Source: Candidatus Omnitrophota bacterium (GTDB taxonomy: Bacteria; Omnitrophota; Gorgyraeia; Zapsychrales; Zapsychraceae). Taken from it: DNA of 64,000 nucleotides. Each line of letters starts with the position of its first letter. Positions within the stretch are counted from its first letter, which is position 1. The position numbers were made by a program, and so were the translations under genes. The stretch spans positions 196,876 through 260,875 of the forward strand of contig JAJDCB010000030.1 of NCBI GenBank assembly GCA_029261065.1, written 5' to 3'. Of this stretch, positions 37,701-47,777 are shown in pieces. The notes beneath the pieces are model-generated. The model did no database searches, was not told where the DNA came from, and saw only the letters and a list, made by a program, of their open reading frames with translations.

Positions 37701-38743
37701 AAGATTACCTTATTGTTGGTCAAGGAGTGGCGGGTAGTTTTCTCGCCTGGGAACTCATCCAAAGACAACAAGATGTGATTGTTGTCGATGATAGTCATCA
37801 GAGTTCTTCTTCCATTATCAGCGCTGGAATTATCAATCCTATTACAGGTAAACGTTTTGTTGTCACACCTCATTTTGATCAATTTTTTTCTTTTGCCCAA
37901 TCAGCTTATGCGCAATTAGATCAAGTGTTTAATGATTCCTTTTTTGAAACAAAACCAGTGTTGAGGTTAATTCAAGATGACTTTGAGCAGGAACTCTGGC
38001 GCGAAAAACAATCCTCCGATGATATTAAAAAATATTATTCCAATATCTATCCACCGCATAAATATTCTTCAAATTTAGATGATTCTCTAGGCAGTTTTGA
38101 AATTTCTCAAGCAGGTTTTTGCAGGAGCGAAGCCTTATTAAAAGCTTTTGAAAACTACTTTCAAGAAAAGAATATTCTTAGGCCGCAGCACTTTTCTTAT
38201 GATGCCATCGAAATCGATAAGAATAGTGTGATTTTTAATAACGAACGATTTAAAAAAATAATATTTTGTGAAGGTTACAAAGCGCAAGATAATCCTTGGT
38301 TTAAGTCCTTACCTTTTGCTTGTGCTAAGGGAGAAATTTTACGGCTAAGCATGAATTCAAGCGCGTTGCCTGATGCGATTCTTAATAAGACAAAATGGTG
38401 TGTACCTGTTAAAGCAAACGAATGGATGGCCGGATCAAATTATAACTGGGATCAATGCGATTGTCTGCCAACGGATTGTGGGGCTCAAGAAATCTTAGAA
38501 GGATTGGCTTTTATTAAAAAGGGGAGACCGCACATTACTGATCATAAAGCCGGCGTTCGTCCTGTTATAAGGGATCGAAAAGCTGTGTTGGGTTTGCTGC
38601 CAAGCACTCCGGAGGTAGGTATTTTTAATGGACTAGGTTCCAAGGGTTTTTTATTAGCTCCTTATTACGCTCATCAATTGGCTGAGTCGCTAATAAAAAA
38701 GACTCAGATAAAAATATCTGTCAATATTGAGCGATTTTTTTAG
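37697..38743 (+). CDS. FAD-dependent oxidoreductase (MnmC oxidase-domain-like, DAO family)
   Basis: VGQGVAGSFLAWEL dinucleotide-binding motif; ATGA overlap with upstream gene. Confidence 0.65.
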   Translation: MKDYLIVGQGVAGSFLAWELIQRQQDVIVVDDSHQSSSSIISAGIINPITGKRFVVTPHFDQFFSFAQSAYAQLDQVFNDSFFETKPVLRLIQDDFEQELWREKQSSDDIKKYYSNIYPPHKYSSNLDDSLGSFEISQAGFCRSEALLKAFENYFQEKNILRPQHFSYDAIEIDKNSVIFNNERFKKIIFCEGYKAQDNPWFKSLPFACAKGEILRLSMNSSALPDAILNKTKWCVPVKANEWMAGSNYNWDQCDCLPTDCGAQEILEGLAFIKKGRPHITDHKAGVRPVIRDRKAVLGLLPSTPEVGIFNGLGSKGFLLAPYYAHQLAESLIKKTQIKISVNIERFF

Positions 38744-38849
38744 AAAATCGCTTTTTTTGCCAAGATAAATGATTGCCTTGCAAAATTTGAGAATCTTGTT
38801 ATCTTAGGGAAGATAAAGAGTGTGAATTAATCCATATTTATGATGTATT

Positions 38850-39758
38850 TTGATGTTGGGAGAAATGATGGAAAAAACGCCATTACATGACACAACAGAA
38901 GAAACAACCGATACCTTCCGATTGATGGCTGATACCGCGCCTGTTATGATTTGGATGTCTTGTACAGATGGGTTGTGCAATTTTTTTAATAAATTGTGGC
39001 TTGATTTTAGGGGGCGCACGATGGAGCAGGAGCTAGGTGACGGTTGGATGCAGGGCATTCACCCGTTAGATTTTGATGCTTCTACAGAGGCGTTTGAGAA
39101 GTCTGTTAAAGTTTTCGAGGCCTTTCGCTTAGAATTTCGTTTAAGACGTTTTGATGGAGAGTTTCGTTGGTTGTTAGGAACAGGCGTACCGCGTTTTGAT
39201 AAGAGAGGGCAGTGTTGTGGGTATATTGGTTCTTGTATAGATATTACGGATAGAAAAAATATGGAAGTTCAGTTAAGAAAATCTCGCGAAGAGTTGGAAG
39301 AAGGTTTTGAGCAGAGAACGAAGGAGTTAAGTAATCAAAAAGAAAATTTAGAGAAAATGAATCTGACGTTACAAGAAGTGTTGATGAAAAATGAGCTTGA
39401 AAAGAAACAGATTAAAGAAGATATCATTGCAAACGTTGAAGAACTTATTTTGCCACTTTTAAAAAAGATCAAGAAAGAAGGTTCTATTGAGTTAACGGAG
39501 TATGTGAATTTATTAGAAAAGAATATTAGACAATTAACATCACCCTTTGGTAGCCAAATTTCTGATCGAAGATGGCGACTAACACCGCGAGAAATTGAAG
39601 TGTGTGATATGATAAAAAATGGATTAAGTAGCAAAGAAATGGCAAAACTCTTAAATACCTCTCATCGCACCGTGGAAATTCATCGTCAAAATGTGAGAAG
39701 GAAATTAAAAATATCTAATTTGAACATCAATCTTATAACCTACCTTAGAACCCTTTAG
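38850..39758 (+). CDS. PAS-domain LuxR-family transcriptional regulator
   Basis: PAS-like N-terminus; C-terminal LTPREIEVCDMIKNGLSSKEMAKLLNTSHRTVEIHRQNVRRKL (GerE/LuxR HTH). Confidence 0.75.
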   Translation: MMLGEMMEKTPLHDTTEETTDTFRLMADTAPVMIWMSCTDGLCNFFNKLWLDFRGRTMEQELGDGWMQGIHPLDFDASTEAFEKSVKVFEAFRLEFRLRRFDGEFRWLLGTGVPRFDKRGQCCGYIGSCIDITDRKNMEVQLRKSREELEEGFEQRTKELSNQKENLEKMNLTLQEVLMKNELEKKQIKEDIIANVEELILPLLKKIKKEGSIELTEYVNLLEKNIRQLTSPFGSQISDRRWRLTPREIEVCDMIKNGLSSKEMAKLLNTSHRTVEIHRQNVRRKLKISNLNINLITYLRTL

Positions 39759-39781
39759 AATTTATTCTAAACGACCTCATT

Positions 39782-40537
39782 ATGAATCCACCTAACACAA
39801 TAGATAAAGAAACTCCTCTATTTATAACTGTATCAAAGTTTGCTGGTAAAGCGATTATGGAATTTGATATGATTGAAGATCAAGACAAAATCGTTGTTGC
39901 TGTTTCTGGAGGAAAGGACAGCTTATCCTTACTCCATATTTTACGTCACAGACAAAAAGTCGCGCCTATCCAATTTGATGTGTGTGCGGTTCATGTCGAT
40001 TTCGAATTATCCGATTTTGATCCTCAACCTTTAGTGGAATATTTTAAAGCGCATGGCTTTTCTTATAGGGTTGAGAAAGTAGCTTCCCTAAAGGGACAAA
40101 AATATGATGAGATTGATTGTTTCTCGTGGTCACGCGCGCGACGAAAAGCGTTGTTTGAGCTGGCTAACAAGCAAGGTTTTACTAAGATTGCCTTTGGGCA
40201 TCACATGGATGATATTGCCGAAACCATTGTCTTAAATCAATTTTATCGTGGAGAAATTGGTGCGATGAAACCCAAGCAAGAATTATTTGATGGAAAAATC
40301 GTCCTTATTCGCCCCTTAGCGTATGTTCGTGAAGATTGGATGCGGGATTTAGCTGTTGAGTTAAAAATTGACTCGATGGGCCAATCGAAATGTTCGTTTG
40401 ATGACACATCGCATCGTATGAAGATAAAGAAAATGCTTCGCGAGTTTGAAAATGATAATACACCTGTTGTTAAAAATATTTTCAATAGTCTAAGTAAGGT
40501 CCGCGAAGACTATCTTATTGATAGAAAGGATAAATAA
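39782..40537 (+). CDS. ttcA: PP-loop ATPase, TtcA-like tRNA thiolase family
   Basis: VAVSGGKDSLSLLHIL (SGGxDS PP-loop). Confidence 0.65.
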   Translation: MNPPNTIDKETPLFITVSKFAGKAIMEFDMIEDQDKIVVAVSGGKDSLSLLHILRHRQKVAPIQFDVCAVHVDFELSDFDPQPLVEYFKAHGFSYRVEKVASLKGQKYDEIDCFSWSRARRKALFELANKQGFTKIAFGHHMDDIAETIVLNQFYRGEIGAMKPKQELFDGKIVLIRPLAYVREDWMRDLAVELKIDSMGQSKCSFDDTSHRMKIKKMLREFENDNTPVVKNIFNSLSKVREDYLIDRKDK

Positions 40538-41143
40538 ATGGATAATATTATTAAGTATTGGTTTCACGATGTAAGTGATGAGCGGCCAATTGATAAGAAG
40601 GGGATGCCGGTTAAGATGTGGTTTATGAAAGATAAAGAGATTGATGTTGAAATCACTAAGAAATTTGAACAAGATATTATTAAGGCTAACGAAGGTGAGT
40701 ATAAAGATTGGGAAAAAACGGCAAGAGGATCTTTGGCTTTGATTCTTTTGTTCGATCAATTTACAAGAAATATTTATCGCAATACAAAGAGGATGTTTGC
40801 TTACGATCATTTGGCCTGTGATTTAAGTGTAAGGTGTGCAGACGCTCATATCGATCAAGATTTGTCGCTTATTCAACGTGTCTTTATGTATATGCCTTTT
40901 ATGCACGCAGAAGATCTTCGTTTGCAACAGTTATGTATTTCATCTTTTGAGGGATTAGTTAAAGATTCAAATGAAAAAAGTCCTTATAATACTTCTTATT
41001 ACGAAAGTAATTTGTTGTTTGCTAAAAAGCATAGTGAGATTATTGAACAATTTGGACGATTTCCTCATCGGAATCAAATCCTTGGGCGAGAGTCAACGAG
41101 TGAAGAGTTAGAATTTCTTAATAAACCAGGATCTTCTTTTTAG
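40538..41143 (+). CDS. DUF924 family protein
   Basis: YWF...LALILLFDQFTRNIYR is the conserved DUF924 core. Confidence 0.65.
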   Translation: MDNIIKYWFHDVSDERPIDKKGMPVKMWFMKDKEIDVEITKKFEQDIIKANEGEYKDWEKTARGSLALILLFDQFTRNIYRNTKRMFAYDHLACDLSVRCADAHIDQDLSLIQRVFMYMPFMHAEDLRLQQLCISSFEGLVKDSNEKSPYNTSYYESNLLFAKKHSEIIEQFGRFPHRNQILGRESTSEELEFLNKPGSSF

Positions 41144-41185
41144 AAAGTAGAAATTTTGTTATACTAAGAGCCGAAAGGTTCGGCT

Positions 41186-41911
41186 TTGAAAAAAAGAAAT
41201 AAGAGTAGTTTTCCCACCACATTTATTATTGTGTTTATCGTTTTTATCCTTATCGGAGTTTTTGTTTCTAATAGAATCATGGAACAAGAATTAAGGGGCC
41301 TAGAAAGTGATAAAAAATCTCGAAGTCAAATAACACGAGCCCCAGCCCTGCCAACGCAAACACCTACAAAAGAAAAAAAACAAGTTATTCGAAAAACACG
41401 CTTTGATCCTAGCCGAAAATTTGAAGAAAGTATTTTCTTTATCGAAGAGAAAGAAATCGCGCGGTATAAACATAAGGAAGAGGATATTTACGAATTTTCA
41501 GGAGAAATTCCAGATGGTAAGGTTGGTTTTATAAATGAATCTAAGCGAACTAAAGGTTATGAGCATTATAAAGGTAATAAAAGACATGGAAGGTATGTAG
41601 AGAATTATGACAATGGTCGGGTTAAAAAGGAGAAGAGGTATTTTCATGGTGAATTAAGAAAAGTTAATGAATATTTTTATGATGGGCAACTTAGAATGAA
41701 AGCTGATTATGATGATGCTATTATCTATGATGTAGAAGAAGATGTGGGGGAGGGTGCTGTATATTATCGTGATGGTCAATTGATGTATGAATGGAAGGTG
41801 ACGATTATGGGGCAGGAGAGATATAAGCGCTCTTATAATAGAGAGGGAGAATTAGTTGAGGAGAAAACGTTTGATAAATATGGCCAGCTTATAAATGTTG
41901 TAAAGCACTGA
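41186..41911 (+). CDS. membrane-anchored MORN/YwqK-repeat protein
   Basis: TTG start; N-terminal TM; repeats YxxGxxxGxxxYDNGxxKxE. Confidence 0.55.
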   Translation: MKKRNKSSFPTTFIIVFIVFILIGVFVSNRIMEQELRGLESDKKSRSQITRAPALPTQTPTKEKKQVIRKTRFDPSRKFEESIFFIEEKEIARYKHKEEDIYEFSGEIPDGKVGFINESKRTKGYEHYKGNKRHGRYVENYDNGRVKKEKRYFHGELRKVNEYFYDGQLRMKADYDDAIIYDVEEDVGEGAVYYRDGQLMYEWKVTIMGQERYKRSYNREGELVEEKTFDKYGQLINVVKH

Positions 41912-42212
41912 AAATAAACTATTTAAGTTTGTGCATTGTTATTGCTGGTAAAATAAGCTACACTTAAAATAGTAGTATGAGTGTTAATGAAAAAGGCAAA
42001 CTTCAGCCATTATTTATGGCTGGTGCGTCAAGAGTTTTGGCGCATGGGGTAACCCAAGGACGTCCCACATTTCTAGAAATTGAAGTATGTGGGACCCCGT
42101 CTAAAGAGGCGGGGCAAAGCATTAGGGTCCTATTAAGGATAGCCTGGCCGCCGTAACAATGAGAAAGTATTTTCTCGGCCTATCCTTAATAAAAATTAGG
42201 ATAGGTTTTTTT

Positions 42213-42686
42213 ATGGAAAAACTGAAGATTAAAATTTATACAAAAGGTTTTACACTCGTTGAACTCCTCGTTGTTGTTGCCATTCTTAGCTTTATTCTTA
42301 CAGGTATGATTGGGTTGTTTATTCAGACTTCGACTCATGGAAATATGTCAACCAATAAGACAATAGCCTTAAACGAAGCTCAGGGTATTCTTGAGGCTGT
42401 AAGAAATCATGATTTTGATAGTATTGTTACAGACTATAGTTTTGGCGGAAGCCCAGGAGATACGTTTGCGCTAACAAATCCAACAGGCATGGGAAAAATT
42501 TATATCAATAGTGCGGACCCAGATTTACTCACTCTTCAGGTCGTTGTGAGTTGGCAAGATAAATATAATCGTATTATCGGTGAAGATACTGATTTAGATG
42601 GTGTTCTAGATGGCGGAGAAGATATCAATGGAAATACCCAACTGGACTCACCGGTATCTTTAATGAGCATGATTACAAGAAGGTAA
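42213..42686 (+). CDS. prepilin-type (type IV pilin / pseudopilin) protein
   Basis: KGFTLVELLVVVAILSFIL class III signal/N-methylation motif. Confidence 0.75.
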   Translation: MEKLKIKIYTKGFTLVELLVVVAILSFILTGMIGLFIQTSTHGNMSTNKTIALNEAQGILEAVRNHDFDSIVTDYSFGGSPGDTFALTNPTGMGKIYINSADPDLLTLQVVVSWQDKYNRIIGEDTDLDGVLDGGEDINGNTQLDSPVSLMSMITRR

Positions 42687-42690
42687 AGAT

Positions 42691-43245
42691 ATGAGACACA
42701 GTATAACGAAAAAAATTCTGCAATCCCTGAATCAAAATTCTGGTTTTACGATTGTGGAAACATTTATCACCATGGCCATTTTTACGATTGTGATGACAGG
42801 TTTATATGCGACGGTCGCGGTGGGGGAAAGTTCTTGGCAAGTCAATCAGGCTAATGTTGAATTACAACAGCAATTGCGACAAGGAATGGGATGGATGATT
42901 AACGATTTAAGATCTTCTGGAAATAGTTCTATCGTCAACGTTCCAGCCAATGATACATTGTATACAACGATAACTTTTAAAGTGCCTACAGGTGTGACAG
43001 CAGGTTCTCTTGTTTGGGCGGCAAATACCATTCAATTTGTTTTAGGAGGCAGCGGAGGAACGGATTTACAGCGTATTGAAGGAGGAGTGACAACCGTCAT
43101 AGCTCAGAACATTCAAACATTACAATTTCGTCGTAGTTCCTCAGCATCTGATACGTTAGAAGTTTTTATGACAGCACAAAGAACGACAGCAAAAGGAAAT
43201 GTTATGGCGGCACCATTAGATTTTTCTATTCAATTAAGAAATTAA
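42691..43245 (+). CDS. prepilin-type minor pilin
   Basis: NSGFTIVETFITMAIFTIV prepilin motif. Confidence 0.7.
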   Translation: MRHSITKKILQSLNQNSGFTIVETFITMAIFTIVMTGLYATVAVGESSWQVNQANVELQQQLRQGMGWMINDLRSSGNSSIVNVPANDTLYTTITFKVPTGVTAGSLVWAANTIQFVLGGSGGTDLQRIEGGVTTVIAQNIQTLQFRRSSSASDTLEVFMTAQRTTAKGNVMAAPLDFSIQLRN

Positions 43246-43257
43246 GAGGGTGATGCG

Positions 43258-44766
43258 ATGAAAAAACAATTATTAAAGAGGCTAACGGATACAAAGGGAA
43301 GCGCATTTCTGATTTCGTATTTTGCTATTGTTGTCCTTCTTGGTTTGGGAGCTACATTTTTACTGTTAGTGACGGGCGAATCTCGTGTTTCAGAAAGACA
43401 ACGATTAACAACAGTGGCTTTTCACATTGCTGAGGCAGGTATTGAACGCGGGCTTAATGAATTAAGAGAAGACTTTGTTAATGATACATCTCCAAGTTGG
43501 GCTGATGGCCTTATTAATACTTACACGATTGGTCCAAACACTGGCACTTATTATACGATTCCTTTTTCATCAACAGTTTTTAATTCAGGATCTTACGTTG
43601 TTGAGTTATTAAATGTATCAGGTGCCGTTGATGATATTTGGTTGCGTTCGACAGGAATCATTAGTGGTGTCACGCATACCATTGATGTTTACGTGCGGAT
43701 GGTGAGTTTGTCTCCGTGGGAATATGCGATATTTGCGGGAGCTGGGGCATCAGGTGCCATGGTTAACGGGAATGTCGACATTCGTGGATCTGTTATCGTT
43801 TTGGGGTCAGGACTGTCACCAGGCGATTATGCCATTGATTTAGGTGGGACGGCAGAGCTCGTTGGAAATAATTACAATGGTCTTTCTGGGACGATTACGG
43901 CAAAAGTTCCAGCTTTGCCTACAGTGAGTTTTGGCGGGGAGACTGTTGAAACATTGAATGCGACATTGCGTGTTAAACAAGGTTTGGTTGGTTTAAGCGG
44001 GTCTTCTACAGTAGGGGAGTCGAATGCGACAGGAAATGCTGTTAAAGAAACTGTTGATGGTGTTTTTGTTACGGAAGGTTTTGGCGGAAGTCAAGGAACC
44101 TCGGGTGTGCATTCCGATAATGGTGTGACAGAAGCCTATGATCTTGGCGGAGCTGTTACATTTCCCAGTTTAAGTGATCCTTATCCTGGTCATGCGAGTT
44201 ATCAAGCGTATTTACAATCGACGGGTTATACTTTAACAGCGGCTGAGGCAGCTGTTTTGAGTAGTGGTATCAAGCCAACATCAAGTTTTTCTTTTGGAGA
44301 TGCTAATGGAAGTATTAGTGTAGATGGTAGTGGAAATTTAGCGATTGATGGAGTTGTTTATGTGGATAGTGGTGCTGATGTGAATTTTGAAAAAGATGGA
44401 TCTAATAAAACAATTAATTATACAGGAACGGGATCTTTGTTGGTCACAGGGAACGTGCAAATTGATGTTAATTTGTATACGGCTGGTAATAATTCTTTTC
44501 CTAACAATATTATGGGAATTATGACACCTAATAATATTGGTTTTAACGAAGCTAATATTGATGTCATGGGCATTTTTTACGCTGAAAATTCTGTTGTGGT
44601 TCAAAAACAGACAGATATTATGGGAACGATTGTTTCTAATTACTTTGATATGGGAACCAATGTCCCATCTATATTTCAAGTCCCCGATACCGCCAACAAT
44701 CTTCCTCCAGGGATGATTGGAGGAAATGCGACATGGTATATGGTTGTCGGATGGCTTAAATCATAG
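43258..44766 (+). CDS. PilX-like pilus assembly/minor pilin protein
   Basis: N-terminus KGSAFLISYFAIVVLLGLGATFLLLVTGESRVSERQ resembles PilX_N; Gly/Thr/Ser-rich beta-rich C-terminus. Confidence 0.6.
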   Translation: MKKQLLKRLTDTKGSAFLISYFAIVVLLGLGATFLLLVTGESRVSERQRLTTVAFHIAEAGIERGLNELREDFVNDTSPSWADGLINTYTIGPNTGTYYTIPFSSTVFNSGSYVVELLNVSGAVDDIWLRSTGIISGVTHTIDVYVRMVSLSPWEYAIFAGAGASGAMVNGNVDIRGSVIVLGSGLSPGDYAIDLGGTAELVGNNYNGLSGTITAKVPALPTVSFGGETVETLNATLRVKQGLVGLSGSSTVGESNATGNAVKETVDGVFVTEGFGGSQGTSGVHSDNGVTEAYDLGGAVTFPSLSDPYPGHASYQAYLQSTGYTLTAAEAAVLSSGIKPTSSFSFGDANGSISVDGSGNLAIDGVVYVDSGADVNFEKDGSNKTINYTGTGSLLVTGNVQIDVNLYTAGNNSFPNNIMGIMTPNNIGFNEANIDVMGIFYAENSVVVQKQTDIMGTIVSNYFDMGTNVPSIFQVPDTANNLPPGMIGGNATWYMVVGWLKS

Positions 44767-44834
44767 AGTTAACCAATTCTTCACAAGAAAATCATTTCCT
44801 TTTCAGAAAAATCAATTAGAATAAAAATTCATCA

Positions 44835-44970
44835 TGTCGTCCCCGCCCCATTTGTCATTTCCGCGAAAGCGGGAATCCATGGATTAAACTCCAGCGGGGA
44901 TCCAAAAAGAGTAATAGTAAAATTATTATTTTCTCTATTACGAGGTTCCCGGTTTCGCGGGAATGACAAT
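44835..44970. repeat. REP-like element family A (inverted pair)
   Basis: GTCATTTCCGCGAAAGCGGGAATCCATGGATTAAACTCCAGCGGGGATCC ... GGTTCCCGGTTTCGCGGGAATGACA. Confidence 0.85.
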
Positions 44971-44996
44971 ATTACTTTTTACATCAGGAGATATTT

Positions 44997-45428
44997 ATGA
45001 GCAAACAAAAAGTTCTTTTCGTCTGCATCCACAACTCCGCCCGCAGTCAAATGGCGGATGAGCTGTTAAAATTTTTAGCCCCAGAGCGTTTTGAAGTTGA
45101 AAGCGCTGGGATTGAGCCGGGTAAGTTAAATCCATTAGTGGTTCAATCGTTAAAAGATTACGACATTAACATTGAAGGGAAGGCTACCCAGTCGGTTAAA
45201 GAGATGATAGATCAGGGAAAGACATATGATTATGTGATAACCGTGTGTGATGAAACAAGTGCCGAGCGATGTCCCGTTTTCCCAGGAGACACCAAACGCA
45301 TTCATTGGAGCTTTACAGACCCTTCGCAGTTTCAAGGGAGTGATGAAGAGAGGTTAAGCAAGATTAAAGATGTTCGTGAAGAGATTAAAACAAGACTGGA
45401 ACAATGGATTAAGACAGAGGACACATAA
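44997..45428 (+). CDS. arsC: LMW-PTP family arsenate reductase/phosphatase
   Basis: VLFVCIHNSARSQMAD (CX5R P-loop). Confidence 0.7.
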   Translation: MSKQKVLFVCIHNSARSQMADELLKFLAPERFEVESAGIEPGKLNPLVVQSLKDYDINIEGKATQSVKEMIDQGKTYDYVITVCDETSAERCPVFPGDTKRIHWSFTDPSQFQGSDEERLSKIKDVREEIKTRLEQWIKTEDT

Positions 45429-45451
45429 TGTTTGTCAAAAGAGGAGTTCAA

Positions 45452-45859
45452 ATGAAAAAATTTATTGTAAGCACCATAATACTGTTTAATGTCATATTAT
45501 TGAGTATTAGCGTTAATGCGCAGGAGGCAACAGAAGCTGGTAAGTTGGAGTCAAAACAAGAGGCGATTGATCGCAAGGTGGCGGAATTTTCAAAACAACG
45601 TCAAATGATGGCGGAGTTTCAAGCCTTAAGTTTAGAGCATACTCAGTTAATACAAGAGCGTTATAAAATTTTTCAAGAAAAACTAAAACTAGCTCAAACC
45701 CCAGAAGATAAGTATCGATTACAACTTGAGTTTCAAGCTGAGCAACAGGAGTCTAAAGGAAAATTTCAGGAGAAAGTAAAAGCGTTTTACGAGCAAGCTA
45801 ATCCAGCGAAGCGTGGAAAGGGTGCTAAGGAGGAAAAAAAGCAAATGAAGGCCGAATAA
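45452..45859 (+). CDS. secreted coiled-coil hypothetical protein
   Basis: signal peptide; Gln/Glu/Lys-rich. Confidence 0.45.
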   Translation: MKKFIVSTIILFNVILLSISVNAQEATEAGKLESKQEAIDRKVAEFSKQRQMMAEFQALSLEHTQLIQERYKIFQEKLKLAQTPEDKYRLQLEFQAEQQESKGKFQEKVKAFYEQANPAKRGKGAKEEKKQMKAE

Positions 45860-45981
45860 TATTTATCCGTAATGTTTTAGGTTTAAGCACGCTCATAAAT
45901 GATTGACTTTAAACAAACTCTAGGATACGATGTTTTTAATTCATTTAAGTGTTAAATACTATTTTAAGAAAGGAATGGAGC

Positions 45982-46632
45982 ATGAAAAAAATTGATTTGA
46001 TTGCCGCATGTTTATTGTTTTTGGCAGCGATGAGTGTATCAGCTGTTGCTTATGAAAAAGGATCGATGACAGATGATGAATTAGAGAAAGGTTCGATGTC
46101 AGAAGGAATGAAAGGCTCAGGTCATGATGATATAATGGAAAAAGGCTCTATGAAAGGTGATATGTTAGAAGCGGCTGTTTTTTCAATGGCCATTGCTCAT
46201 ATCGCTCCAACTGGACCAGGATCAGATGTTGCTGGAAAAGCAGTGTTTACAGAAAATGAAGATGGTGTGACTGTTGTTGTCACATTAAAGGGTGTTCCAG
46301 ATCCAGGCAATCATGGCTTTCATATTCATCAAAACGGAAGTTGTGCGGAAGCTGGAAAAGCGGCTGGTGGTCATTATAATCCCAACAGCGTTGATCACGG
46401 TTTTCTCCCCAAAGACGGCCATAGTGCCGCTCATGCCGGAGATTTAGGAAATATTGCAATTGATGAAGACGGAAATGGAAGTCTAACCGTATTATTACCA
46501 GGACTTAGCATTGCAGATGAAAATAACGTATCCGGACGCTCTGTTATCCTCCACGCCAAAGAAGACGATTTTGGCCAACCCACCGGAAATGCGGGTGGAC
46601 GGATTGGTTGTGGTGTGATTATCTCCAAATAA
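45982..46632 (+). CDS. sodC: Cu-Zn superoxide dismutase
   Basis: HGFHIHQNGSC...GHYNP...HAGDLGNI...GGRIGCGVI; signal peptide; RBS AAGGAATGGAG. Confidence 0.9.
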   Translation: MKKIDLIAACLLFLAAMSVSAVAYEKGSMTDDELEKGSMSEGMKGSGHDDIMEKGSMKGDMLEAAVFSMAIAHIAPTGPGSDVAGKAVFTENEDGVTVVVTLKGVPDPGNHGFHIHQNGSCAEAGKAAGGHYNPNSVDHGFLPKDGHSAAHAGDLGNIAIDEDGNGSLTVLLPGLSIADENNVSGRSVILHAKEDDFGQPTGNAGGRIGCGVIISK

Positions 46633-46642
46633 TAATTCTCCA

Positions 46643-46683
46643 AAACCCCCTTTGGAATTTAACGATTCTAAGGGGGTTTTTCT
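46643..46683 (+). terminator. rho-independent terminator after sodC
   Basis: AACCCCCTTTGG...CTAAGGGGGTT then TTTTT. Confidence 0.75.
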
Positions 46684-46779
46684 ATGTTATAGCTAATTTT
46701 AGAATAAGACTTGATTTCTAACTATATGCAATTAAACAATTTAAGGTTTATATTGTCCGATTACAAAAATGATGTCAGT

Positions 46780-46821
46780 TTATAATTAACAGGGTCAATA
46801 AATTCATGTATACTTAATTAG
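46780..46821 (+). promoter_or_regulatory. conserved promoter/operator motif TTATAATTAACAGG-N15-TATACTTAATTA (copy 1)
   Basis: identical motif and spacing at 48483-48524; ~35 nt before gene 46857. Confidence 0.5.
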
Positions 46822-46856
46822 TTTGTTGCGTGTCGTTTAAGGAGAGGACAGTCTAA

Positions 46857-47777
46857 ATGGATTCTGATTTCGAAGGTCTTGCGTATACTATTATACTTTT
46901 AGTTTTAGGTGTTTTTGGCTTTTTTTGGGGATTCAAGCGCTTTAAGAGAAAGCGGCTCATTGAAAATACGCCAACTTCGACGATTCGGGGTATGGCTATG
47001 GGGCTTGTTGAGATTCTGGGAAAGGCTCGTAAAACGCCTTTGATTCATAGTCCTTTGATTAAAGAAAAATGCGTCTACTATCAATATCAGATTGAAGAGT
47101 ATCGCTCTGATGGGGAAGATAGTAGTTGGTATACCCTTGTTCGGGGAAATAGCAAAAATGCTCCTTTTCGAATCGAAGATGAAACTGGGGTCGTTTCTAT
47201 TATTCCGAAAAGGTCAGAAGTTGTGATACCAAAAACATACACATTGACGACAGGTTTGGGCGTTTCTATTCCGCAAAGTATTAAGCAGTTTATGATAGAT
47301 AGAAAAATAAAATATCGAGGATTATTCGGAAGTAAAAAACTACGTTTTACGGAATGGCGTATTCATAGTGAAGAAACGGTTTATATTTTAGGAACGGCTC
47401 AAAAAGAAAATGATCTTGTCAATGTTCAGAAAATGAAAATGGACAGTTACCTTTCAGATTTAGCAACTAATCCAGAAGCGTTAAATGCTATTGATAAAAA
47501 TAAGGATGGAGATGTTGATCAGAAAGAATGGGATGCGGCTGTTAAACAAGTTGAGAAAGAACTTATAGAAGAGGAAGGCAAGTCTGTCCATCTATCTCAA
47601 TTAAATGATGTATATATCTCTTGGAGTGATGTTGATAAAGTGTTTATGATTTCCAATCATCCGCAGAAAGATTTAACTAAGAAATTGTTTTGGCAGTCGA
47701 TGCTTGGAATTTATGGTGGTTCTGCGTTAGCGGTTGCGATGTTAGTGTTGCTATTACATTATTTTCAAATATTTTAA
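46857..47777 (+). CDS. membrane protein with EF-hand Ca-binding loop
   Basis: N- and C-terminal TM helices; DKNKDGDVDQKE canonical EF-hand loop. Confidence 0.55.
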   Translation: MDSDFEGLAYTIILLVLGVFGFFWGFKRFKRKRLIENTPTSTIRGMAMGLVEILGKARKTPLIHSPLIKEKCVYYQYQIEEYRSDGEDSSWYTLVRGNSKNAPFRIEDETGVVSIIPKRSEVVIPKTYTLTTGLGVSIPQSIKQFMIDRKIKYRGLFGSKKLRFTEWRIHSEETVYILGTAQKENDLVNVQKMKMDSYLSDLATNPEALNAIDKNKDGDVDQKEWDAAVKQVEKELIEEEGKSVHLSQLNDVYISWSDVDKVFMISNHPQKDLTKKLFWQSMLGIYGGSALAVAMLVLLLHYFQIF

